The position numbers and the translations under genes were made by a program. Source: Eledone cirrhosa (taxonomy: Eukaryota). Taken from it: a stretch of DNA of 64,000 bases. Within the stretch, counting starts at the first letter, position 1. Every line of letters begins with the position of its first letter. Below the pieces are notes generated by a model that ran no database searches, had not been told where the DNA came from, and worked only from the letters and a program-made list of their open reading frames with translations. The stretch covers positions 33,356,001 through 33,420,000 of the forward strand of contig OZ024742.1 of assembly GCA_964016885.1 (NCBI GenBank), given 5' to 3'. Shown here piece by piece: positions 26,451 to 39,799 of this stretch.

Positions 26451-27355
26451 GAAGTGGATTAAGCTTGCATATTATTTATGGTAAGAAAAAATTAATATGG
26501 AGTCCTTTGCCTCTCCTACCATCATAATCCACTAGTGTCGCCCATTACTACACGTGGTGAAAGAGCTGAGGCTGTATGGAATGGAGCCCTTTAAGCTTTG
26601 CGGTGAACACGACATTTCTGGTGTTGGTGTCATGATAAAATGCACTCAGCACACTCTGTAAAGTTGTTGATAAACAAATCAAGAGATCGTGGAGTAGAGA
26701 GTATCGTTACCGAGAACTTGACAACTTCTCTAGTGCTGACACCATGATAAAATGCATCTAATACACCCTGTAAAGTGGTTAGCAATTGAACAGAGGAATA
26801 TAGGGTGGAGGGGATTCGTTAGTTTTACCAAAGCCATGACAACCTTTCTAGTGGTGATCTCACAACAATATGTATTCAGTACACTATAAATTAGTAGTGC
26901 AAGTGTCAAGATAAAATGCACCCAATACACTTTGTAAAGTTTTAGTACTGTTGTCATGATAACATTCAGCCAGTACTCGCTGCAACGTGGTTGGCATTAG
27001 GAAGGGCATCCAACTGTAAAAATTATGTCAAAATAGGGACCGTATAAGCAAGACATAATTCGCAAACTCACCAAGTCTCAGACAATAACAACGTGTCTAA
27101 CCCATGGAAAACATGTAAAATGATGATGTATATACGGATGTCACTTAAACATACACTTATGAGTGTGTACTACACTACATACACGTTTATGTACTAATTT
27201 AAATACAAGATATGCTGAGTATAAAAATGGTATAATTTACAGGAATAAAAAAAAAATAGGAAGATGTATCATACATTCCTACTTCTGAGCACTATAAAAA
27301 AATGTTTAAATTATTGTATTCATATTTATCTATATATACATCTCTCTCTCTCTCG

Positions 27356-27407
<52 letters not shown>

Positions 27408-27914
27408 TTAAAAGTTAAACAAGATTCATATATACACAGTACATGAGAATGTTAGTCATTGAATTGGGTGGCTTTATAAGCCAATGTATACATAATATAT
27501 ACGCACACACACAATAAATAAATATAGTATACATAGTCAATTAACACGGATACAATACACTTGTGAATAACCATGCAGATGAGCTTGTAATATATAGATA
27601 CAAGTTTTCATCACCAGAAACAAAAATACATCAAAATAAAAAGATTTCCTTGACACGATAAAAAAGTAAAAGAAAAAATATATTATTCTAAATAGTATGT
27701 CCAGTATTTAGTATCTATATCAGCTTATAAGTGTATATACAACATTATATATATAAATTAATTATAAAAAGGGCGCTGACCACACATTCATACAAGTACA
27801 TCCAACCACATAAGCCAATCTATTGATGTATTTGCATTATATATTTATATCCTCTGATCGTTATATATAAAATACGTGCTGTGGGTACCTCTGACATTTA
27901 TATCTTAATATTTA

Positions 27915-27955
<41 letters not shown>

Positions 27956-28314
27956 ACAATAATTTCATTATTATTATTATTATATATATATACTGTGTCT
28001 CCTAGGTTAACCACGATGGTGAAAACGTTGTAATTACAGGCATTCAAACCGTGACCATCTCGTCTTTATAGGGGTTATGACAATATTATTTCATATATTC
28101 TCAAAGCAAGATGTTAAGCTGCTATTATTAGCAGATCGAGCAATCAGATAAACGCCTGTTCTATATATATATATATATCACATCAAACGAGCCTTTCTGC
28201 TTATTATGCTTATAGGTTATGTGTATGTAAGTAAATGTGTATCTCTGTGGTATATATATATATGTGTGTTTAAAAGTGTCATATATATGTATATATATAC
28301 TTGTATATACGAAC

Positions 28315-28871
28315 CCATTTTTGATAGCATCGAAAATATGTTGTGCTCCGTAGTGGTCCAGGAGTTCAAAGTTGTCCCCACTGCCGGAACGGTGGTGCTG
28401 TCGAGGTGAGGTAGCCTCTGCCGTATTTTGTCCGTAGTAACGACGATCAAGTTGATGATGATTGACGGGCAATCCGTTCGAAGAACTGGAGGCACCGTCT
28501 TGAAAAGAAGCCGATTCCGGTAGCGATTTAATGTTGGAGTCGACTGCTAAAGAGGAACCTTGAATATCGCCGCCGTCTGCACACCGTTCGTTATTATCGT
28601 CGTGGTGGTGATGGTTGTGGTCGCAGTGGTTGTGGTGGTCTTGCGCTTCTTTTTGGCTGCTAAGGTTGTAAGTTAGGTTTGAAGTGCTTTGGTGATTGTT
28701 GTGATTGTACTGGCAGGAGTGGCACTGGCCGTGCTGTTGTTGGTGATGGCGATGATGTTTGTGATGGTGCTGTTGTTGGTTGTATTGAGCATTATGTGTA
28801 AGAACGGCGGCTGCAGCCGACATGTTGTGTAAGGTAGTGGCACCGACATGGGCCGCCTGCTTAATACTCAT
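28315..28871 (-). CDS. Probable first coding exon of a host gene; His/Gln-rich N-terminus ending at the start of an ankyrin-like repeat (Patsas/ZDHHC palmitoyltransferase-like, tentative)
   Basis: 185 open codons in a CpG-rich island within AT-rich DNA; ATG 28871; ends HIFDAIKNG at candidate donor GG|GTTCGT (28314), after which the sequence is (TA)-rich; HIFDAIKNG resembles the LFD-I-SG start of ankyrin repeat 1 of Patsas-type DHHC enzymes (from memory). Confidence 0.65.
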
Positions 28872-30489
28872 GCCTTCCCATATCTCTTTTTATGTGTCTC
28901 TCTCTTTCTCTGTCTATTCCCTTGTTTCTCCTTCTGCCTCTCCCTCCCAATCTATCTACTTAACTATCACTTCGTCTCTGTTTTTGTCTCTCATTCTATC
29001 GCTGCCTGTTGAAGAGTTTCAATTAGATCAGAGCAGTTTGCTCGACAGATAGACACATATAGAACGAAGAAAACAACGACAGGGTGGGTGTAATAAAAAG
29101 AATGTGTGATTGAAGCAAAAGAGAAATTAAATAATCGGAGGGTGGATAGTGTGTAGGTGTAAGAGAAGGAAAGGATGATGAAATATAGGACGGAATAAAT
29201 AGGTTGGGAAATATTCGGGGAAAAAGTAAACGAGAGGAGAGAGACACAGAGGGAGGGAGATGGAATAAAAGATAATTGGAAAGGGATTGTCGGAGAAAGA
29301 AAACCAGAGTGGAAATAATAGAGTAAAAAGTGAAATCTAGAAATGAGCGAATAAAAGAAAGCGATGAAAGCCGAAAGTGTAAGGGAGAGAGTTAAATTTA
29401 TTAGAGGGCGGGGATGAAGAAAAAAGAAAAGCAATGGATTGAGAATAAGTAAATGAATGACAGAATGTGAGTGAAAAAAAAAACGAAAAGGAATAAACAT
29501 AAGAGTGTATAGAGAGAATTAGAGATACAAGAGGAATGTTTAGAAGAGAAGATGGATAAAGAAATCAAGGATGACTAGAGAGAAAAGTGTAAAGATAAGA
29601 GAGAAGAGGAAAATAAGGGCCAATAAAGAGTTTAAACGGAAAGAAAGAAAACGAGAAATAATGAAGAAGAGTAAAAAAAAAAAGAGAAATACAGAGATAA
29701 TGGTTGGGAGAGAAAGAAAAGAAAGAAACGTAATAGTTGTGAAGGGGAAAATTAAAGAGATAAAAAGAAATAAGTTTTGGAAATGAAAAAAACAAGACAA
29801 TCTTTATAAATGATGCTGTTGTTAGAAATAAAAAAAAAACGTAATAAATTAATGAATAGATAATTATTAGTGTTGGTTAACCACAACCCAGTCCTAACGG
29901 AACAGACAGACCTCATAATCAAAAGCTATTCCAGCCAACACCCTACAGGTTTTTTTTTATGTACCCAGGATAGCATTACTCAGCATGTCATTTTATAAGA
30001 CTATAAAATATCGCATGAGGGAGATAGTTATTTCTAGCAGGTCGAGCGACCCCGTAGAGACTCCCTCTACGTGGGTGTCGACGTAATCTATGTAAGAAGT
30101 AAAGAAGTCACGGAAGAAACTCCCATTAGTTATAAGGAAGGAGGTGAGGGATTATTAAGGTCTAAAGGAAAACCGTAGCATGTAAAAAGTCAATATAATC
30201 TCTTCTACGGAAAAGTATTACCAAATAAACATAGCCCACGAGATGCATACAGCGAAGCAGTCGTTTGACCTGCTAGAAATAACAGCCTAATCAGACAGAA
30301 CTCATCGAATAATGAGGTCCAGGGTACGATATGGTATTAAAAACAAACAAATTAATAATGAAAAACGGGTACAATAATACTATATTTTTTGTTGCTTTTG
30401 TTTTTCATTTGAAAAGCAAGCTTAGAGACTTTGTATGAAACCATTTCACGGTTTTTGACACTAGGGCGGGGAAAGTGATAATGATATTA

Positions 30490-30632
30490 ATAATTGTTTC
30501 TACTATTGGCACAAGGCCAGCAAATAACCAGTACATTACTGGTACTTTATTTTATCGACCCCGTAAGGATGAAAGGCAAAGTTAACCTCGGCGAGATTTG
30601 AACTCAGATTGTAAAGGCACGTAACTCTTTGC
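30490..30632 (-). mobile_element. Nin/Deu-like SINE, head truncated
   Basis: Matches the 10170-10361 family. Confidence 0.75.
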
Positions 30633-31329
30633 GTCAAAAATAATTGATGATGATGATCGTGGTAGTGTTGATGATGGTGGTGATTTTTTTTTTTTTTCTA
30701 ATTCATGATGGAAACATAAAATGATGTTTGGAATAATGATAGACACAAGATATCAAATGAGGTTAAATCGATAAATTGATGTCTTATTTAGTCAAAGAGC
30801 CTCAAATTTAAGGGAGTGGTACAACCAATTCCATCAACGTTAGTACTTGACTGGTACATTATTTTATCCACCTCGGAAGGATGAAACACAAAGTTGGCTT
30901 CAGTAGGATTTGAATTCAGAATGTAAACTGACATAACTAAATACCATAAGGACGTTTTGTCTGATGCTCTGCTGATTCTATGAAATAGCTATAAGGGATA
31001 ATAGATTAAAAATAAAGCCTGTATTATATTGCAACTGGTGACAATTTATTACAGTTGTTCAATGGGTTCAATCAATAGTTCACTAGACAATCAATAGTCT
31101 TTTGGCAGTGAGAGTGACAAGGAGGTATCTGTAACCCAGTGCAGAACAAATATTTTGAAGGACTTTGTTCAAGCAGTTGTCATACTCAGGTGCTTAATCT
31201 ACAGGTGAAAATCTTGAATGTGACACATAAATAGAGCCAATGCTACCAATGAGTCCAATTAGTCACCTGTCTAAGGGGTAGACCTCAGAGGAAAGCATAG
31301 CTGAACATTAAAGGATCACAGTTTTAAAA

Positions 31330-31700
31330 TATAATCATAATGAAATGATTGTGTACAGTGCTTAGGTGCACTACAACTCATCAAAGGTGCCTGTATAGTA
31401 CATAGAATAATGTACAAATGTCAGGAAAGTGAACAGTGTATGAATCATGATATACATGTGTGTGTGGGGGGGATATCAGGTTTAGTGTTGGCGAATTTCA
31501 GGAAGCATGGAGGTTTTAAAGGATGCAGTGTCTCGACAGCTAACAAATGATGCAGGTAGTTTGTTCCATGCTTCAGCAACTCTGAGCATGAAAATATGTT
31601 TCCGAAAGTCATGGGAGCCGTGCTGTTTTCTGACTTTGTAGGCATGCCCACGTGTGTTAGACACATGGAAATCAAAAAGATGCTCAGTAGAGGTCTGTAC
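31330..31700 (-). mobile_element. CR1-clade LINE 3' fragment
   Basis: HVSNTRGHAYKVRKQH..FRKHIF.LRVAEAWNKLPAS; 3' UTR shared with 39800-39940 and 35590-35710. Confidence 0.8.
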
Positions 31701-32115
31701 AATTAAATCAAATATATAATAATTCCCTGCAATCAATAAATAAATTGCTAAACATCCTTGCATTGAGGAAATATTTAAAGCAGTGGCAAGGATCATATGG
31801 TGTTTTGACTTTGTAAGATGATTTTATGTGGGTGAAGCATACATATATATTGTATGCACCACCCCACCACACCCTCCCATACATCTCTCATGAGGACAGG
31901 CTGTAGCATACATCTAATGAAGCCTCCACCCACACTGTAAAGTAGTCGTGATGGCGACACAACAATAAGTGCCCAGCCCACACTGATGATATACAGTACA
32001 TCTTGGGCATGTAAACTTAGCAGAGCTTATCCTTCTCCAAGTCTGAGCGCAACTGATTTCATCCTGAGAAAATTACAGAGAGAACATGATATATATATAG
32101 TTGAACAGTTGAACA

Positions 32116-32461
32116 GGAGGCACATGGCTTAGTGGTTAGAGCATTGGCCTTGCAATCGAAAGGTTGTGAGTTCAATTCTCAGACCGGGTGATGTGTTGTT
32201 TCCTTGAGCAAGACACTTTATTTCACATTGCTCCAGTTTACTCAGCTGTAGAAATGAGATGATAGGAACTGGGGTCCATATCATTCCACTGCAAAGTGGT
32301 CGTGGAGGTGCCATGGCAAAAAAGCACCCAGCATTCACTGTAAATGAGGTTGGTGTTAGGAAGGGCATCCAGCTGTAGAAATCAAGCCAGAATCAGTTCC
32401 CGTCCCACCCTTGCAAGCAGGGGAAAAGCGGACGTAAAATGAAATGATGATGATGATGATG
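32116..32461 (+). mobile_element. Composite SINE: tRNA-derived head, CORE-like domain, RTE UTR module and RTE-A 3' tail
   Basis: Box A TGGCTTAGTGG, box B GAGTTCAATTC, CORE-like TCCTTGAGCAAGACACTT, module GGTTGGTGTTAGGAAGGGCATCCAGC, tail CCGTCCCACCCTTGCAAGCAG..AAAAGCGGACGTAAAATG (ATG)n. Confidence 0.85.
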
Positions 32462-33337
32462 AACAAATATTGACCATCTTAATAAATTAAGACAATCAAT
32501 GCTGGAAGATGATTATCTCATCAGAGGGTTTTCTTTGGAAGTATAAAAAATAAATAATTGTTTCTACTTTTTGGCACAAGGTCAGCAACTATCCCAGAGC
32601 ATTACTGATATTTTATTTTATATATTAGAAAAAAAATGAGGAAGTTTCGTTCACATGTATAAGATATCTATTGTGTATCGACCTGTAGAGGATTGGCTCA
32701 AGGTCACCCATACACTGTAAATATAGTTGGTGTTAGGATGGGCATCCAGCTGTAAAATAGCTGGTCAAATTCACACTCCTCGCCAGAGCAAGGTGCGACA
32801 TAGCCAACCATCGCCAGACTTGCCTCCTGGCATGTACAACCTGTCTGACCCATGCAAGCATGGAAAAATTGACACTAAACGGACATGATGATGATGATGA
32901 TATATATATATATATATATATTAATATATTGAGAGAGAGAGAGAGAAGACTACATTATTATTTAATGTATTTTCCTTTCTTCAAGGTGGTAGGGTGTGAT
33001 ACGAGGGAGATTTGGCTACTATTTATAGCAGGTCCCAGTAACTAACTTTTGGTGTCTATATGTACATGATAGTGAGACAAGTGGGGCAAAGAAGATTTGG
33101 AGTAATTTTCTTAGTTATGATTCTATATGAATGCAATGTGGGATTTTGTTGTGTGTGACTATGTTGTGGAGTTGGATTTCTGCAATGTTCTTGCTCTGAA
33201 GTTCTTGGTGTTTTGGGTATGAATCAATTTTCGAATGTATAATGTCTGGGAAAGGATTAATTTTCAAACTCATCTGTTGTTGTGGAAAATCATCTGCACC
33301 TGTTGTAGAAACCAGGTGCATAGCAGTGAGCTGTATT

Positions 33338-33783
33338 TGTAAAAGAGAGCTACACGTAGTAAAAGAGAGCTGCACTTGTAGTAAAAGAGAGCTGCACTTG
33401 TAGTCAAAGAGAGCTACACGTGTAGTAAAAGAGAGCTGCACTTGTAGTAAAAGAAAGCTACACTTGTAGTAAAAAAGAGCTGCACTTGTAATAAAAGAGA
33501 GCTGCACTTGTAGTAAAAGAGAGCTACACTTGTAGTAAAAGAGAGATGCACTTGTAGTAAAAGAGAGATTCACTTGTAGTAAAAGAGAGATGCACTTGTA
33601 GTAAAAGAGAGCTACACTTGTAGTAAAAGAGAGATGCACTTGTAGTAAAAGAGAGATGCACTTGTAGTAAAAGAGAGCTACATATGTAGTAAAAAAGAGC
33701 TGCACTTGTAGTAAAAGAGAGCTACACTTGTAGTAAAAAAGAGCTGCACTTGTAGTAAAAGAGAGCTGCACTTGTAGTAAAAG
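33338..33783. repeat. 22-bp minisatellite, about 20 copies
   Basis: Unit TGCACTTGTAGTAAAAGAGAGC with variants. Confidence 0.95.
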
Positions 33784-34565
33784 CTAAATTAAGCCATGCC
33801 AACCTAATGTAGATACACAAACTAAATGTAGATAGGGGCGTAGATAGGGCAGCATTAGAGGCCCCTGGTAAAACAGTGCACTGAGACCCTACCTACACAA
33901 TCACTCATATGAGTAAAAATGTAAATGGTTGATAAAATCAAACATATATCTATTGGTACTTCCAATGGAATCAGTGTTTAAAAACATTAAGAAACATTTT
34001 GTACAACATGAGCCTTGAAGAAAATAAAAAAATAAATATATAAATGAGAGGTCTAGGTTTGCATTCTACAATTTTCCCATATCACAACTATTTAATACCT
34101 GGTTACTAGTACTGCATCATAAATTCATGATTTGAAATAACTATTACATGCTTACTCTACAACTCTTCCCTTCCTAATATCTAATTTTTAATAAGCAATG
34201 ACGTAAAAATATAATCAATATCAATGCTATTAACTGTCAAGTGAGTTGAAGTGACATTAGTATATATGCTTTTATGTTATGTATCTCATGAGATATGCAC
34301 ACATACATGCAGGTGTGGTTGCAGAGCTGTCTGTGATATTAAATCAGAGGTGAATGTCAATGTCCACCTGTTATAATAAAAATTAGCTGAATTTATAGTT
34401 TAGTATAGTGTAGCATTTATTTATTGAAAGCAAGTCTCAATATACAGAGATTAGCACATACCAAATGCAAAGACAGAAACTAAATATAGCCACAAGTGAA
34501 ATAGAGCCACACAGGTGAAATAAAAACTGAAGCCAAATGAAGTCCCAACCATAATAGAGCCACAC

Positions 34566-34866
34566 AAACCAAATCTAGACATAGAAACTAAACTTAGACA
34601 CAACCTCAATAGAGCTGCAAAGAAAGCAAATCTAGACATAGAAACTAAACTTAGACACAACCTCAATAGAGCTGCAAAGAAACCAAATGTAGACATAGAA
34701 ACTAAACTTAGACACAACCTCAATAGAGCTGCAAAGAAACCAAATCTAGACATAGAAACTAAACTTAGACACAACCTCAATAGAGCTGCAAAGAAACCAA
34801 ATGTAGACATAGAAACTAAACTTAGACACAACCTCAATAGAGCTGCAAAGAAACCAAATGTAGACA
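34566..34866. repeat. 57-bp minisatellite, about 5 copies (degenerate units from ~34455)
   Basis: Unit AGACATAGAAACTAAACTTAGACACAACCTCAATAGAGCTGCAAAGAAACCAAAT(C/G)T. Confidence 0.95.
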
Positions 34867-35330
34867 CAAATTGTCAAGAAGGTTGAAGGTGTAAGACCTT
34901 TGTCAACCGCTCTCCAGTTATCTATTTAAAGCTGTATATAGCTATGTTGTGGCCACACTTAGAATTTGCATCACCAGTCTGGAACCCCTATCTTGCTCAG
35001 AATATTGATCTGGAACCTGTTCAGAGACATGCAACCAAACGAATACTCTCTATTAGGCATTTACCATACTCTGAACGCCTTGCTTCCCTGGGCATGAACT
35101 CCGACGTCTGGCAACTGACTTAGTAAACACCTACAAAATTATTAACCATCTTGCCAACAACAACCCTGAGCACCTTTTTGAATTCCATGTGTCTCACACT
35201 CATGGACATGCTTATAAAATCAGAAAACAGAAACATCAGTTGTTAGCTGTCGGGACACTGCATCCTTCAAAACTTCCATGTTTCCCGAAATTCACCAACA
35301 TTACACCTCATATTCCTCTCCATACACACA
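34867..35330 (+). mobile_element. CR1-clade LINE 3' fragment, decayed
   Basis: PHLEFASPVWNPYL.QNID; homologous to 39800-40645. Confidence 0.8.
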
Positions 35331-35357
35331 CACGCATGTGTGGCTCTGTTGAGGTTA

Positions 35358-35580
35358 TAATAATAGTTTCTTATATAGGGACAAGGCTAGCAATTTGGGG
35401 GAGGGGAAAGTCGATTAAATCGACGCTGGTACGTGTCTGGTACTTTATTTTATCAACCCTGTAAGGATGAAAGGCAAAGTTAACCTTGGCGGGATTTGAG
35501 CTCAGAATGGCAAGGGCCGTAACTCTATGCTGCAAAGCATGGCGTCCGATCCTCTACCGATACTGCCAATCCACCGTCCT
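35358..35580 (-). mobile_element. Nin/Deu-like SINE (variant tail)
   Basis: Same head and core as 10170; flanked by a repeated TGAGGTTATAATAAT (possible target-site duplication). Confidence 0.75.
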
Positions 35581-35939
35581 TGCTGAGGTTATAATAATGA
35601 AAATTATTATATATAGTGCTCAGGTGCACTACAACTCATCAAAGGTGCATATATAGTGCATAGAATAATGTACAAACGTCAGGAAAGTGAACAGTGTATG
35701 AGTCATGACACACACACACGCACGCACGCAGGCGCGCACACACACAGACACTGACGTATTTGTTTTGTGTATGCTGAAAGTTTTCCTGAAGTATTTTCCC
35801 TTAGATAGTGTCTGTGATATAAACTTTGTACTGAGTTATTCCCCTTTATAAGAAAATTTTAATCGAGGAAGGTGGAAGGAAAAGAAAATTTGTGTCTAAT
35901 TTAAATACGTAAATATGAAGTCGTAAAATTAAAGATTGA

Positions 35940-36630
35940 TTATTTCCCTCTGCACAAGCGCACTCCCACAGATTTTTTTGCACAAGAATTTTGTCTTTGG
36001 TATTGAAAATGTTTGCTTCATCTGCTCTGAGCGGTCTAGAATGTTGATGACATTTATTGTGATGTTTTGGGGAGCAAGGATTGCTCTATTACTCAGTCAC
36101 TCCTCGTTGGAATGGTGGATTTCGAAATTGGGGAACACTTGATTAATTAAGCTACCGACGCTTTTCACAACAGTACAAAACATCCTTCAGTATCAGGGGA
36201 TATTTTGCTTTCAACAAGTTTCAAAAACTTTCGTGCAAACTCCGCAAAATGTTGTCACCTTGGAGTTGGCCCGCATGTTGGTTCTTAAATTGAGTTTGTT
36301 AATACGTGGCCATAAAGTTGACGATTTTAGGCAAGCTCGAACTTGATCAGAGTGATTCCCCTTTGATATCATAGGTAAAGTTTCTAGCAATCTCCTGATA
36401 AAATGATAATGATTCCTCCCATGATTGTTGTGCTGTTCCAGATATCTTTCAGTGTTCTGCTCAAGGTCTCCAATGCATGCCTGTGCGCCATTGTGCATTC
36501 TTCCCCAAAAGTTGCAACACATCTTTGCAATACTTGGGTAACTTCTGGGTCCTTCTTAATATGACACACATTGGATTACGAGCATGTCAGAGGTCAGATT
36601 AATTGAAAACAAACGATAAACTGCAATTTT
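35940..36630 (-). mobile_element. Helitron RepHel helicase (PIF1-like) pseudogene fragment
   Basis: EECTMAHRHALETLSRTLKDI..MGGIIIILSGD, TLP.I.KG..SDQVRACLKSSTLW..L.LRTNMRA, WLSNRAILAPK; frameshifted. Confidence 0.85.
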
Positions 36631-36699
36631 TACCAATTTTATTAAGTGTTATTAACAGTAACAAACAAACTTTCTTGATATATATACATAAGAGAGGGA

Positions 36700-37646
36700 A
36701 TTTGAGTCAGATCCAGGGAACAGGGCCCAAGGATAGGAAAAGGAAATAGCTGGGCCATTTTAAGACCCTACTAGGAGAGCCACTTTCCACAGCCCAGAAC
36801 ACTGGGGAGATCAGACAGCTGTTGGAGGAACTGGATATTGTGACAGGACTCTTTATCAGAGAGGAGTTTCAGAGAGCCAAGAAGATCAAGGAGGTTATGG
36901 CCCATAGAGAAGATAGCGTGGCATCAGAGGTGATGAAAGGGTGTGATTTTGATAATATCATCCTGGAGTTGTGTAACCAAGCACTGGAGAAAGGAGTTGG
37001 CGATCAGTAAGATTGTTCCAAAGAAGGGAGATCTCTCTGATACCAACAATTACAGGAGCATCTTACTGACATCACTTGTGGCAAAGACCCTCAACAGGAT
37101 GATTCTTAACCGGATCCAGCCTGAAAAGGAGAAGAAGCTCAGGAACAACCAGAATGGCTTCAGAGAGGGAAGATCAACCACCGGTCACATCCTAATGCTG
37201 AGGAGGGTTCTAGAGGGAGCTAGAGCAAAGAGCCTTCTTGCTGTCATGGTTTTCATTGACTTCTGGAAGGCCTTTGATTCTGTGGACTGAGACTGCCTGG
37301 TGAAGATCTTACAGGCTTATGGTACCCCCAAGAACAACTGATACCCTGCTCTACACCAACACCAGAGTCCAAGTCATAACACCTGACAGGTGTAACAGAG
37401 TTCTTTGAAATACTGGCAGGAGTTCTCCAGGACAATACATTGGCTCCTTACCTTTTCAACATTGCAATGGACTATTGCATGCGCCTTGCACTGGAGAAAC
37501 ACCAGGACTCAGGCTTCACTGTAACACCAGCTCAAAACAGGAGAGTTAAGGCTAAAAAGATATCAGGTGCTGAATTTTCTGACAATATAGTTTTGGTGAC
37601 AAACACAGTGAAGGGGGCAGATGAGTTGATGCGAGAAGTGGAGATT
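36700..37646 (+). mobile_element. Non-LTR RT fragment (RTE/RTE-X-like), decayed
   Basis: PKKGDLSDTNNYRSI.LTS..AKT.NRMILNRI..LRNNQNGFREGRSTT, FIDFWKAFDSV, GVLQ..TLAPYLF, degenerate FSDN at the YADD position. Confidence 0.8.
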
Positions 37647-38309
37647 GTTTGGCAAGTTTTCTGTGGTTGCATGCCCTTCCTATCACCAACCACTTTACAG
37701 CATATACTGGGTGTGTTTATTGTGTGATCACCAACAGTAGAGAGGTTGTTTGTCTTTGTCACAACTAAAGGGTCCTCTCTACCCTTTTAGGCATGGTTTC
37801 TACAGCGGGCTGCTCTTCCTATCCTGAACCACCCTTATGGAGTGTACTGGGTGCATTTGTTGGCCCCATCACTAGAGAGGTTGTTAGTCATAGACCCAAC
37901 TGTAGAGCCCTCTCAGCTCAAGGGAGGGGGGCAATAGGGGAGGGTGATAGGTATGAAGTTATAGGTGTTTGTGGGTATTTGGCAGAGAATGAATAAAGAG
38001 TAGAGGTAGCTGATTAGTGTATGGGATGTAGTGGTGTGATGGATGTGGTAAATATGGTGGGGATGGGGGGATTGCTGGAGAGATAGGTGGGGGTAGTAAG
38101 GGATGAGTGTGTGTGTACATGTGAACAATGTATTTACATGTATATGTATATTGCTTGTTTTTTGTTTTTTGTTTCTTTTTTAATGAAATAATGTTTGATG
38201 TACAATAAATTGTTTGAATAACAACTAATGTCCCAAATATATTGAGAGAGGGGGGGGGGGAGATAGCGAGAGACTTGACTTGTGATCAAACAACAATAAC
38301 AACATCGTT

Positions 38310-38315
38310 GTCATC

Positions 38316-38347
<32 letters not shown>

Positions 38348-38385
38348 CATCATCATCACCACCACCATCATCATCATCATCATCG

Positions 38386-38438
<53 letters not shown>
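38310..38438. repeat. (CAT)n microsatellite
   Basis: Direct reading. Confidence 0.95.
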
Positions 38439-38439
<1 letters not shown>

Positions 38440-38759
38440 GTACAATTTATTAAGCTAAAGACATTTACTTAAACTGATCTCAAATCTTTATTATTATTTA
38501 AAAATTATCTGTATAAGCAGTCTACTTTATTAGAAATACTGACCCAGCAAAGGTTGATGACTTTGTCAACAGTTTTTTTTTTCAAAAAGGGTAACATTTC
38601 TTTAATAAAATAATAAATGAGTAACTACAGGAATGAATGTCTATAAAATAGAAAAACACTAGAAATATTTAAAAACAGAAAAAGAAGGGAAAAGCAAGGG
38701 CTCTAGGGTCACAGAAGAATGGGAGGTGAAGGGGGAAGGTGATGGGCTCTGAGCCTAGG

Positions 38760-39050
38760 GTGCAGCAGTGTTGGCGCTGCACCCTGCGGACATGACCACA
38801 AAAGCATTTCAGTGGACAATGGCCACAACACCCACTGCAACAGCCGCCCCACCTCACGGGGCTCCTTCCTCAGACAGGCAGCTGATGTTCCAATCTTGCG
38901 GAGGAGCTTGGGAGTACAGGAACTGAGTACGCCTGAGGTCCCGACGGCAACTGGTGCGAAGAGGAAGTGGCTGGTCAATCTCTGATATTTGTTTGTCTTC
39001 CTTTCCTCTGCATTATGGGCCACAGTTCTGTGGTTTGTGGCCGAAGTGAC
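38760..39050 (-). mobile_element. CRE/NeSL-type non-LTR element C-terminal restriction-like endonuclease fragment
   Basis: AHNAEERKTNKYQRLTSHFLFAPVAVGTSGVL..TPKLLRKIG..EPRE..LLQ resembles the AE.RK..KY..F.P.AVET.G motif of RLE domains. Confidence 0.7.
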
Positions 39051-39799
39051 TTGACATGTAAATTCAGAATTCTCTTATGGAAAACTGATTAGTTTAACCA
39101 CAGTTTACTTAAGATAGTAGACATGTTGTTTATGCCTTTAAGATATCTATGTGTGCTTTTATACGAGATAAGAATTGATTCTGATCAGGTCAATAAATGT
39201 TTATAGAGAGTTGAATCTCTAAATAAAGGGTCTAAGGTCCATTCATATCTTATCTTCACTACTGTGATATGTATTCATGACCAAAATTACTCTTAAGAAA
39301 CTGCCATTGGCCTAATGGGTTGAACACAATGCTATACAGCTGTGTTTAGTTCAAGATTTTAATACCAACCTGCCCAATGCTGGCTCTAGTTCTATGAAAC
39401 AATACCATCCATTCTAAAGGATTTCTATATAAATTAAAATCTTCCAACATAATTTTATATAAGAACCATATGTTAAGTTACAATCTTAGTCATAAAATAA
39501 TAATTTTAGTAATCCCTTACCTTCAATTAATTAGAAAGGTAACTCCAAAAGTATTAAGGCCTTTTACATTATTTTTCAATACTCTAGTATCTGTTCTGGC
39601 TCACTGCACTGTTAAAATCATGCAAAAGTCAACTTTGTTGGTAAATAAAATACTAGTTGAGATACCTTTGCAGTATCTTGCTCCATACATTCTGAGTTCC
39701 AATGCAACCTCCATTTCTCAGCAGCTATTACTGGCAAATACTATCAGTAATAGAAAGATCAATGGAATCATTTTTTCCCCTTTTTTTCCATAATAATAA

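Noticed and set aside
28991-29800. Hydrophobic multi-TM-looking ORFs on the minus strand
   Set aside because: Produced by a purine-skewed low-complexity tract upstream of the 28871 ATG
32116-32195. tRNA gene
   Set aside because: tRNA-derived SINE head that continues into CORE and LINE tail; no complete cloverleaf
33115-33771. 218-aa and 138-aa (34451-34867) repetitive ORFs
   Set aside because: Translations of the 22-bp and 57-bp minisatellites
38225-38472. Poly-Met/poly-Ser ORFs; likewise poly-ER at 14391 and poly-R at 57629
   Set aside because: Microsatellite translations; only 57947-58036 of the last ORF is a real exon
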